Below, one piece after another: positions 41,401 to 48,866 of a stretch of 64,000 nucleotides of DNA. Origin of the DNA: Candidatus Omnitrophota bacterium (GTDB lineage: Bacteria > Omnitrophota > Gorgyraeia > 2-01-FULL-45-10); assembly GCA_903843285.1 (NCBI GenBank), contig CAIMPC010000010.1, positions 968 to 64,967 on the forward strand. Direction: 5' to 3'. How positions within the stretch are numbered: the first letter of the stretch is position 1; each line of letters begins with the position of its first letter. A program made the position numbers and the translations under genes. The notes beneath the pieces are model-generated. The model made no database searches, was not told where the DNA came from, and saw nothing but the letters and a program-made list of their open reading frames with translations.

Positions 41401-41579
41401 CTGAAGGATCCAACCTGTGGAGTCCGCTCGCGATAACGGTTATGGGCGGGCTTATAAGCTCGACAATATTAACGCTTCTAATTGTTCCCAGTGTTTACGT
41501 GGCATCCGAGAACGCCGGGGCCCGCCTCAAAGCATTTATGGAGAAAGTTCGGATATTTCCCCGCCGTCCGAAGGGATGA
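38421..41579 (+). CDS. RND transporter permease subunit B
   Basis: LPVELYP, GMLVDNAIVVYENI, FESYYQP, GIVVNNSILLID, RLRPILMT. Confidence 0.95.
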   Translation: MSLPSFSIKRPVFMLMVYSVLIMSGVISLTRLPVELYPNISFGEISVIISVRGGMPPTEVESLVSKPVEDAVGTVSHLQEMLSISKEGESTVVLSFDPGINMNFAALDVREKFARVKNKLPKEIEKPVIAQFKRSDVPIMILAVTSLRRTTEDIRKIVDESVREAIKRISGVADVEVAGGRERKILIEADQRKMAACNLSLDRVISMVGANNLNLLSGDIERVKDKYLIRTIGLYKTVDDIKSIPVSSSPDGTIVRLRDVATVLDSYLEPAGYARVNVRPVVSIYVQKESNANTIKVAKAVEDEVEKIKERLPKDIQVATTSNQANFIKSAIENLKDALLKGAALVMMVLILFLIRLTNKQIALMVAALVAIALMPVILLYPVLIIVIIAFILVHRIRSVAIVSSAIPISVIITFTFMLAMKLTLNFMTLFGLALGVGMLVDNAIVVYENIVRKHEQGLRGIPAAIAGTEEVWVAILAGTLTHVCVFFPMVFVGSEIKLLYGGVAWTVTLSLLVSLFVAITVVPLFSSRIPISIEHISFLEHVYRIQRKGVIYFMRNSRRIFICAIALFLVALFFFTKLGMEFLGTTEQGKFTIFIELPTGAKLDATDVVVKKVEAIVKEIPEVKTFSSRVEPWSSKVYVELVDVNKRKRSVAEVIESLRPKTEKLRPAFIYFEEEQEVGTKEIIVELFGYDYTTLREAAISIATRLGSVKGFADTKIRMREGRPELGLKVDRKKTGIFDMTVTDVADMVHAQMRGLRATLFHTASSEVETIARLDEKYRKTFKDLHKLILNNKNGDRVYLDQVTEFKYGLGPSEVWRKNKARMIQVSATIGKIPLSKAAEEAKKALGDLKLPEGYYYRFGGNYPTMVATQKQIYPILLLTVVLIYLVLASLFESYYQPFIIMVAVPLALIGVVIALYATGKSVGMGVFVGMIMLGGIVVNNSILLIDHANNLRKEKMNHIKAIILASRDRLRPILMTTCTTLFGLLPMAISTSEGSNLWSPLAITVMGGLISSTILTLLIVPSVYVASENAGARLKAFMEKVRIFPRRPKG

Positions 41580-41600
41580 TTCACTCATGTTAAGCACAAA

Positions 41601-41684
41601 AAAGTTAGTCAAATAGTATTGACATCCCCTGCACAATATGGTATCATCCACCTAATACAATAGAAAGTTAGTAGCGATATTAAC
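41601..41684 (+). promoter_or_regulatory. Sigma70 promoter of the large protein, flanked by two AAAGTTAGT motifs
   Basis: TTGACA(41619)-N17-TATCAT(41642) with extended TG; AAAGTTAGT at 41601 and 41664. Confidence 0.7.
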
Positions 41685-41715
41685 CATGTTCGCAAAATAT
41701 TCCCAAGGAGAAAAC

Positions 41716-44700
41716 ATGAGATTCTGGAAAAAGACCGTTTCGATTCTTTTGGTTCATGCCTTTTTGCTGTCTGGTATTACGACCGGTTTGATGCCATCCG
41801 CTATTGCCACAACTCTCGACAAAACTTCCCCTATAATAGAGGTAGCTACAACCCCCGATAGCATCGTCATTCCTAAAGATTGCGGTATGATTAAGTCCAA
41901 ATTTATCGGTAAGGGCGACAAGCTCATAGTTCATATCCAGGATGCCCACTGTAATTACGAAGCCCAGTCCAATATAGCCGGTATCATAGAGAATCTGGTG
42001 AAGAACAATGGTTTGAGCCTCGTATCGGTGGAAGGCGCAGATGGCATGATCGATACTTCGTGGTTTAAAGCATTTCCTGACGCTGAGGTTCGAAAAGAAG
42101 TAGCCAACTACTTCATGAAGAAGGGCGAGATCACAGGCCCGGAATTTCTTTCAATAACCACAGACTATCCGATAAAACTTTTTGGCGCAGAAACGCGCGA
42201 TTATTATATTCAGAACCTCAATGCATTTACGACCAGCTACCCCCTTAAAGGCGAGACCGAGAAGTATCTTAATAATATCAAGGCCGCATTAACTAAACTC
42301 CAGGCACTCATCTACAATGCCGATCTTAAAGCTATGGCCGCCAAGTCAAATGAATATGAAGCTAAGAAAATGCAGTTCAACGACTACGTACGTTTTTTGC
42401 AGGATGAGGCTCAGAAGCATAAAATTAACTTAAGGCAGTACGAAGACCTGTTTAAGCTGATCAACGTCCTGATATATGAAAAGAAGATAGATTTCAGTGT
42501 AACGGATAAAGAGAGAAGCGCTCTCATAGATGAGATGAGTAAGGCCGTCTCAAAGGATGTGCTCACAGAGCTTGTAAATAAATCCATAGCTTTTAAAGTT
42601 AATAAGATTTCATCTGCGGAATATTATGCTTACGTCAGAGGTCTCGCCCAGAAGAATAAAGTGGATTTACTCGAGAAGTATCCCAACCTCTACAACTACA
42701 TCATATATAATTCAGTCTACTCCAGGATCAACAACGAAGGCCTGTTTAACGATATAAAGAAGCTCGAGATCGCGATAAAAGAGAAGCTCTTTGAGAACGA
42801 AGACCAGAGAACCCTCGAGAAGCTCTCCCGCCACATAGATACGTTAATAGGTCTGGTAAATATAAAGCTTCTTAACGATGACTTTGACTATTACAAAGCG
42901 AATAAGGCCGAATTTGCCCCAGAGGCATTCTCAGATTTTATAAAGGCAAAGACGATACAGTTTGGACTTGCCTACGAGATGGATCCTCCAGCCGATGCTA
43001 TCGCTAAAAATATTGACAGACTCGAAGATTTCTATGCCATCGCGATAAAGCGTGATAAGGCGATGGTCGATAACACTCTCGAAGCTATGAATAAGACGGG
43101 GAGTAAGATAGCGGTGCTGGTCACCGGAGGCTTTCACTCGGAAGGCATGATGAAGCTCCTCGAGAGGCAGGGCGTCTCCCATATGGTCGTATGCCCGAGC
43201 ATAACTAAGGAAGCGCAGACGCCGTATATCCAGATACTTATGAACCAGCGGACATCGTTCGAGGATATTCTGACCACCCCGAAAGAGGCTGTGAAAAAGA
43301 ATATGCTGGCGCCTCTGCCGCGTACATGGGCGACGGGAGAAGTTTACGCCGAATTAAAGGGAAAATCGGATATTTTGAATGATGGAGATTTGGAGAATTT
43401 CAGAAACGAATGGATAGAAAGAAACGTTTCGGAATGGCTTAGTGCCCGCCGCAATATTGTATTTGGAAACAGGGCTTCTACCAGGAGTGTTTTAGAAGAT
43501 GCCTTTAAGCTGGATTTCATGAAATCCGCCACGGAAGTCTACGGAGTAGACAGAACTGCAGAGGCCCAGGCACAAAGACTTTGCGCGGAAGTAATGAAGT
43601 CTTCGGCATTCGAGAGAGTATTTAACAGCATGATGCCCGCTACCGGCGTTATAGGCGTAATGCCGCCGACACGGCCGACCAGCGCTCAGGGTGCTGTGAT
43701 GGTGGTAAACGGAGAGCTTAGCCCGGAACAGACAGCTCTCGTTAATCAGGCGATAAGAGATGACTTTGAAACAGTCCTTGTTAATGCGAATGAACCAACG
43801 TATACGTATAAAATTCCATCAAGTGAAATTACGGTCGAGATTTTTAGAATACCATCTCTCGAAGCTTGCGATAATTTTCTTTTTGCTCACCCCGGTCACG
43901 GCGGGGCCGTGCGCGCCATCGGTAGGAATCGTATATATATGTCTCCTTTAAACTATGAGAGACTTCGAAGACTCAAAGAGTTCGCGCCAGAGGCCTATTC
44001 GTCGTTCTTTAACCATGAGGCATATCATCTCGTGAATCCTAATGCCACCGAAGCGGCCGCAGAAGCAGCGTCTAAAACAAATAATGTCAGAGTGGCGCTT
44101 GAGAATATGGCGAAAGCTGATGTCGCAGCGGTAAGAATGAATTTAGGGCAGACCCCTATCGGTGAGACGATCTACAGATTCTCTAATGCGTTAGTGCCTT
44201 CGGCCAGAGGGCTTATAGGCCCCACCAACACCAGGGAAGAACTCCCGCGGCGTTTATCGGCTCTCTTCATAGGTGCTAATGGTCGAGGAACCGATAGCTT
44301 ATATAAAGCTTTAATGGTCCTTGAATCGCAAGGTGAAGTTAAAATAGAGATGCTTAAAAGCGGCACTGCTATATTCAGCAAATCGACGCCTGTCTCGCTC
44401 GCGGAAGCGTACTCTTCACCCGAATCATTCGAAGCTTATATGACACAGCATCTGGCCAGATTAAGTGTGGCCATACCGGAACTATCACAGCTCATGGAAG
44501 GTTATAATAGCTGGAGAAATGAAATGATAGCGCCCAAAGAAGCGCAACTTAACCTCCTGCAAATACAGCCGGGCAAAGAGCAGGCAGTAAAGGAACTAAG
44601 AGACGAGATTGACAATCTGATAAAACCAAAAGTTGCGGCAATGGAAGACCTTATTGCGACGCGTTTTAACCAACCACTCGCCGAAGGATATGTTGGTTTG

Positions 44701-47400
44701 CTCAAAGGCATTACCAGTGAAAGAAACTTCCTTAGAGAGATCCCAACCCTTGAAGAGTTTATGAAGTCACCAGCATATACGGAAACTCTCGATAGAGCCC
44801 GGGAACTATTCTTGAGTCCTACATGTGGAGACCTCGATGTGTACGCAGGCGCGGCCTCAAGACTTTTTGGTGAAGGTCAAAGAGCTGATACGACCAGGTC
44901 TTTTGCCGCTCATGATGTTTATCAGATGGCGGCATCCATGGGCAAGGCGATACCTTCGCATGCCATTTTGGGTGAGAGCATCATGACGCGCATGGCTGTA
45001 CAGAAATGGATCGATATCGAAGCTGATTTGAAGGAAAAGTATAATGGATCCAAAACTCCTGAGGCTATTGTAGCTCAGAGGCAGGCTATTATTGCTACGA
45101 AGCCCTGGATAATAGTGATCAATGATGAAAGCGGTGTTCCGCTATTAAAAGAAATGGTCGAGAATAACCATTATGGGTATAATCCTGAAAATGTTGTATT
45201 TGTGGTTCAACCTACTTTTAATGGATACGGATACGATAATAACGGAAAGCCGGTGATGCTTAAAAACACGAAGCCGAATCCGGCAGGTCACGGATCTGCC
45301 ACTCTGCAGTCCATGGCTCCGGGGAGGGCATTCTGGGTAGGTTCGAATGGAGCGATTCATAATATAGAGGAAGATGCCGAGGCCTATCTTAAAGGAAGGA
45401 CTGGTGCAAACTTTTGGATACAGGGGCGAGTTAACGATATGATAAAACTCGGATACACTACCAGGCCCCACCAGCTATTTTCTTCAACTCACGAACTTGA
45501 CATGGGTGTTATGGCTTTGGCCTTGAGTAGAATGGGAAACATTGACAAGCTGGAGGAAGGTAAAAATGCAATACTGGAACAGGTAGCCCCCGATAGCAGA
45601 ATAAAAGGCGGCACACCTTTAGTCACTACCTCACGATCTGATGGGTTTTTAATAGAAGGTGTGGCTATGAATCCGGAGACTAAGAAGGTAGTTCTGATTC
45701 CAGATAATCCGCAGAACAGGTTCTATATTTATTATAAGGGCCTTGCGCTACGGGAGATGAAGAAGCAGGGCCTACCTGTATATTTCAGGTTCCGCGATGG
45801 AGCTATTTACCCTGAGACTGTTACCGGGGATCTGACTATGCTGAAGCGCGTTAATCCGGGCTATGTTATGGCTAAACGTCCGCTCGACGACTATAAAAAT
45901 GAGGCGACAATAGATAATGGCCTTAACGCGGCGGACCACCAGGATAAGAATCCCAAATTTCGGGCCGCCACAGAAGAGCTCAAAACATCCAGAAAGAAAG
46001 ATGTGACTATAACGGGCCTTAATAAGGTTCCAGACTTTGCTAAACATCTTGAACCGGCTCCTGAAGCTCCATCTGCGCGCGCGAAAGTTAATGCCCAGAA
46101 TCGCGTCGCCTTAAAGGCTGTAGAAAAACCGGCGTCCGGACTTACGCGAGAAAAAACCGCTGTTCTTGTCCCGCCCTCGTCAGGGACTTTGGAGGCGGAA
46201 GTATACGCGGCATATATGGCCTTCGAGAGACCGTATGATGTTACGGTAAATGCGTTTAGGGGTAGCATAAATAAGCCAGAGCTCCTGAGGGCCCTTATTG
46301 CAAAATTTCCAGGAACAAATAATGTCAGCACTTTAAACAATATGGAGAGATCAGGTATTGCCGTTGTTACAAATATGAATGAAAGTAGCTATGATCTCAC
46401 CGACAACTTCTTCAAATCTGATGTATTAAATAGGTTCGTAATGCTTCAGGCCGGCAGGGAGCAAATAACGGATATTAAGGCTCAAGCTTCTTCCATGTCG
46501 GATGTAGAACGGATAATAGTTGATTCTATGAATGCGGAGCTCTTTGTAAATGCATTTATGCCGGAAGGCGCTAATGTATTGCCGCCATCTGAGAAGATAG
46601 AGACTCAATATGAAGTGGTCATCGCTTTAAGCGAGGGTTTTAGGGATAAGGGCGGTAGCTCAGAACATTCCGTATTCCCATCGGTAATAGATAGATGGCT
46701 ACAAGCCAATAACCCCGAAGAGTATTGGAAATATAGAAATATAGGAAGATACACGAAAGAATTAAGGCAGAGGCTTGAGGCGCTCAGGGTCAGCGGCAAT
46801 GCCATGGAAAATAAGGCTATAGTTATTCTCCATGATAGAATGATTGACTCTACAGGCGTAGCTCAGGCCGCAGAATTTGCCGTGGAGAGATACCTTGGTG
46901 GTTCGGTTATCGTGGTTCGCGGGTCCGGAAGCATGCTCATTAGTCACGGCATAGAAGAGTATAATAACCTGATCAGAAATACTAATGCGCCTAAGAATGC
47001 CGCCATAATCGCCCTCACCGGTACCAATAGAACATCGATCACAGGAAAAGATAGGGCAGATCTGTTGAGGGTAATGATGGCCGGTAATGCGGCGGCTGAG
47101 AAGATCGGCGGCCTTCGGCCTCTAAGCGTCTTACTGCAGGTGGACGACTCAGAGGGTGAGATGTCTACGATAGAATTATATAATGCGGCCGTGACAATAG
47201 GATTCAATCTGGGAGCTCAAAATATTTTGGATTGCCTGAGGCGCATAGCGTTGACAGATAGCGGAGAGAGATTTACCGATGCCGTTATGGATGAGATAAT
47301 CAAAACAGGTTTTATCAGGCTGAAACCGATAGCACCGATCAATCCTAACCAGATTGACGAAGTCCGCCGAGCGGAGGCTGTGGCATTAAGATCGCTGTAA
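41716..47400 (+). CDS. Large (1,894 aa) exported multidomain protein with Tiki/TraB-like N-domain, HExxH segment and UDP-sugar pyrophosphorylase-like domain
   Basis: AAGGAG RBS, signal peptide MRFWKKTVSILLVHAFLL..AIA; QDAH/VEGA/RD..M/GGFH; HEAYH; AGAASRL/PAGHG/KGG. Confidence 0.8.
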   Translation: MRFWKKTVSILLVHAFLLSGITTGLMPSAIATTLDKTSPIIEVATTPDSIVIPKDCGMIKSKFIGKGDKLIVHIQDAHCNYEAQSNIAGIIENLVKNNGLSLVSVEGADGMIDTSWFKAFPDAEVRKEVANYFMKKGEITGPEFLSITTDYPIKLFGAETRDYYIQNLNAFTTSYPLKGETEKYLNNIKAALTKLQALIYNADLKAMAAKSNEYEAKKMQFNDYVRFLQDEAQKHKINLRQYEDLFKLINVLIYEKKIDFSVTDKERSALIDEMSKAVSKDVLTELVNKSIAFKVNKISSAEYYAYVRGLAQKNKVDLLEKYPNLYNYIIYNSVYSRINNEGLFNDIKKLEIAIKEKLFENEDQRTLEKLSRHIDTLIGLVNIKLLNDDFDYYKANKAEFAPEAFSDFIKAKTIQFGLAYEMDPPADAIAKNIDRLEDFYAIAIKRDKAMVDNTLEAMNKTGSKIAVLVTGGFHSEGMMKLLERQGVSHMVVCPSITKEAQTPYIQILMNQRTSFEDILTTPKEAVKKNMLAPLPRTWATGEVYAELKGKSDILNDGDLENFRNEWIERNVSEWLSARRNIVFGNRASTRSVLEDAFKLDFMKSATEVYGVDRTAEAQAQRLCAEVMKSSAFERVFNSMMPATGVIGVMPPTRPTSAQGAVMVVNGELSPEQTALVNQAIRDDFETVLVNANEPTYTYKIPSSEITVEIFRIPSLEACDNFLFAHPGHGGAVRAIGRNRIYMSPLNYERLRRLKEFAPEAYSSFFNHEAYHLVNPNATEAAAEAASKTNNVRVALENMAKADVAAVRMNLGQTPIGETIYRFSNALVPSARGLIGPTNTREELPRRLSALFIGANGRGTDSLYKALMVLESQGEVKIEMLKSGTAIFSKSTPVSLAEAYSSPESFEAYMTQHLARLSVAIPELSQLMEGYNSWRNEMIAPKEAQLNLLQIQPGKEQAVKELRDEIDNLIKPKVAAMEDLIATRFNQPLAEGYVGLLKGITSERNFLREIPTLEEFMKSPAYTETLDRARELFLSPTCGDLDVYAGAASRLFGEGQRADTTRSFAAHDVYQMAASMGKAIPSHAILGESIMTRMAVQKWIDIEADLKEKYNGSKTPEAIVAQRQAIIATKPWIIVINDESGVPLLKEMVENNHYGYNPENVVFVVQPTFNGYGYDNNGKPVMLKNTKPNPAGHGSATLQSMAPGRAFWVGSNGAIHNIEEDAEAYLKGRTGANFWIQGRVNDMIKLGYTTRPHQLFSSTHELDMGVMALALSRMGNIDKLEEGKNAILEQVAPDSRIKGGTPLVTTSRSDGFLIEGVAMNPETKKVVLIPDNPQNRFYIYYKGLALREMKKQGLPVYFRFRDGAIYPETVTGDLTMLKRVNPGYVMAKRPLDDYKNEATIDNGLNAADHQDKNPKFRAATEELKTSRKKDVTITGLNKVPDFAKHLEPAPEAPSARAKVNAQNRVALKAVEKPASGLTREKTAVLVPPSSGTLEAEVYAAYMAFERPYDVTVNAFRGSINKPELLRALIAKFPGTNNVSTLNNMERSGIAVVTNMNESSYDLTDNFFKSDVLNRFVMLQAGREQITDIKAQASSMSDVERIIVDSMNAELFVNAFMPEGANVLPPSEKIETQYEVVIALSEGFRDKGGSSEHSVFPSVIDRWLQANNPEEYWKYRNIGRYTKELRQRLEALRVSGNAMENKAIVILHDRMIDSTGVAQAAEFAVERYLGGSVIVVRGSGSMLISHGIEEYNNLIRNTNAPKNAAIIALTGTNRTSITGKDRADLLRVMMAGNAAAEKIGGLRPLSVLLQVDDSEGEMSTIELYNAAVTIGFNLGAQNILDCLRRIALTDSGERFTDAVMDEIIKTGFIRLKPIAPINPNQIDEVRRAEAVALRSL

Positions 47401-47493
47401 AAAAATGGGGGTCATGTCTTCACACTTCACACTTGACAGTTGCTATTTATTTTGATACCCTCTCCTCACGGCCCTATTAATAAGGAACATAAC

Positions 47494-47640
47494 ATGCTAT
47501 TGGCATTAAGAACATTCTTCGGATCCAGGCTTGGTATATATCTGTTTTTATCGGTAGTTTTATCCTGCCTTTGGTATATAGCAAAGCATCTTGATTTGAT
47601 TGAAGTTTCGGAAAATTTATCGGAAAAGCAGGACGTATAG
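47494..47640 (+). CDS. Small single-TM protein
   Basis: AAGGA RBS, TTGACA at 47433 upstream, 48-aa ORF with one TM. Confidence 0.5.
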   Translation: MLLALRTFFGSRLGIYLFLSVVLSCLWYIAKHLDLIEVSENLSEKQDV

Positions 47641-47666
47641 AAGAACCATTGTGGTATAATCTTCCC

Positions 47667-48488
47667 ATGATTAAATTCACTGTCGATATTTCGGAATGCG
47701 TTAGTTGCGGTTCGTGCGTAGCGATATGTCCGATCAAAATACTGGAGCTCGATGCCGAGAAACATCCTAAGGCTATCGAGGGACGTGAAGAGTATTGTAT
47801 TAATTGTGGCCATTGTGCATGCGTTTGCCCGAAGGGCGCGCTGTCGCTCGAATCGATGCCTATAGACGAGCTTAAGGAACTGCCCGAAGGCTGGCGCCTC
47901 TCACCGAAAGAGATAGAGCCATTCTTTAAAGGCCGCAGATCTATTCGTGCTTACAAAGAAGACCTGGTCGAGAAACCCGTAATAGAGAAGATTATAGATA
48001 TCGCCAGATATGCACCGTCCGGTATAAACCGTCAGTCGGTATATTGGGCTGTTGTTCACGATCCTAAGAAAGTCCAGGAGCTATCAGGGCTCACTATGGA
48101 GTGGGTGAAGACGTTTATAAATGAGAAGTCACCGATCGCCGAGTCACTGCGATTCGAGGGATTGGTTAAGTCTTGGGAGTCGGGTGAGGATCCTATCTGC
48201 CGCCACGCACCGCATGTGGCTATGGTATATGGCCTTAAGGAAGATATGCTTGCGCATGCGGCGTGCACCATCGCTATGGCCCACTTTGAACTGGTAGCGC
48301 TGCCGTTTGGGTTAGGTGCTTGCTGGGCGGGATATCTTCAGATGGCTTTGAGCGCGTATGCGCCGGCGCGAAAATCGGCCGGGCTATCATCTAAGATTAC
48401 CTGTCACGGTGCGATGTTATTTGGAAGACCGAAATACGAATTCAACTGCATACCCTCGAGAAACGACCCCAGAATTATCTGGCGCTGA
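47667..48488 (+). CDS. Nitroreductase with N-terminal 2x[4Fe-4S] ferredoxin domain
   Basis: CVSCGSCVAICP, CINCGHCACVCP, RRSIRAY, APSGINRQ, GLGACW. Confidence 0.93.
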   Translation: MIKFTVDISECVSCGSCVAICPIKILELDAEKHPKAIEGREEYCINCGHCACVCPKGALSLESMPIDELKELPEGWRLSPKEIEPFFKGRRSIRAYKEDLVEKPVIEKIIDIARYAPSGINRQSVYWAVVHDPKKVQELSGLTMEWVKTFINEKSPIAESLRFEGLVKSWESGEDPICRHAPHVAMVYGLKEDMLAHAACTIAMAHFELVALPFGLGACWAGYLQMALSAYAPARKSAGLSSKITCHGAMLFGRPKYEFNCIPSRNDPRIIWR

Positions 48489-48549
48489 CAAAAGCGGGAT
48501 GTAATCCTTGTCAGATATGCTGTAAGAGTAAGTAGTGGCAATTCAATAT

Positions 48550-48586
48550 AAAAGACCCTTACGTTATTTCGTGTGAGGGTTTTTTG
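48550..48586 (+). terminator. Intrinsic terminator
   Basis: AAAAGACCCTTAC / GTGAGGGTTTTTT stem with T tract. Confidence 0.7.
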
Positions 48587-48866
48587 TTTACGAAATGGTT
48601 GAGACTATGATCCCGGCGCTATTGATTTAATGAACTGCTGTGTTATACTTAGCTCATGCCGAATATAATCACCAATAGTTATAAGATATTTGAAGAGAGT
48701 CTTCTTATTTTTCTCCTGGCGATTGTATATAACGTGATTAACAGCATATATGTTGCCTCACTATATCATTTTAAGACCACCGGAGAAGTGAGTGGCGGCT
48801 ATTCTGAAGAGACCATCCGGAATGCCGGATTATCTCGAAGATCTCGAGATTAAACAATGGGGGTAT

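Noticed and set aside
32144-47400. Classical type I secretion system with RTX substrate
   Set aside because: The inner-membrane components are RND rather than ABC; the large protein has a Sec-type signal and no GGxGxD repeats
48656-48853. 65-aa ORF upstream of the serine hydrolase
   Set aside because: No recognisable domain, and it is AT-rich like intergenic DNA; not called as CDS, only noted as a possible leader
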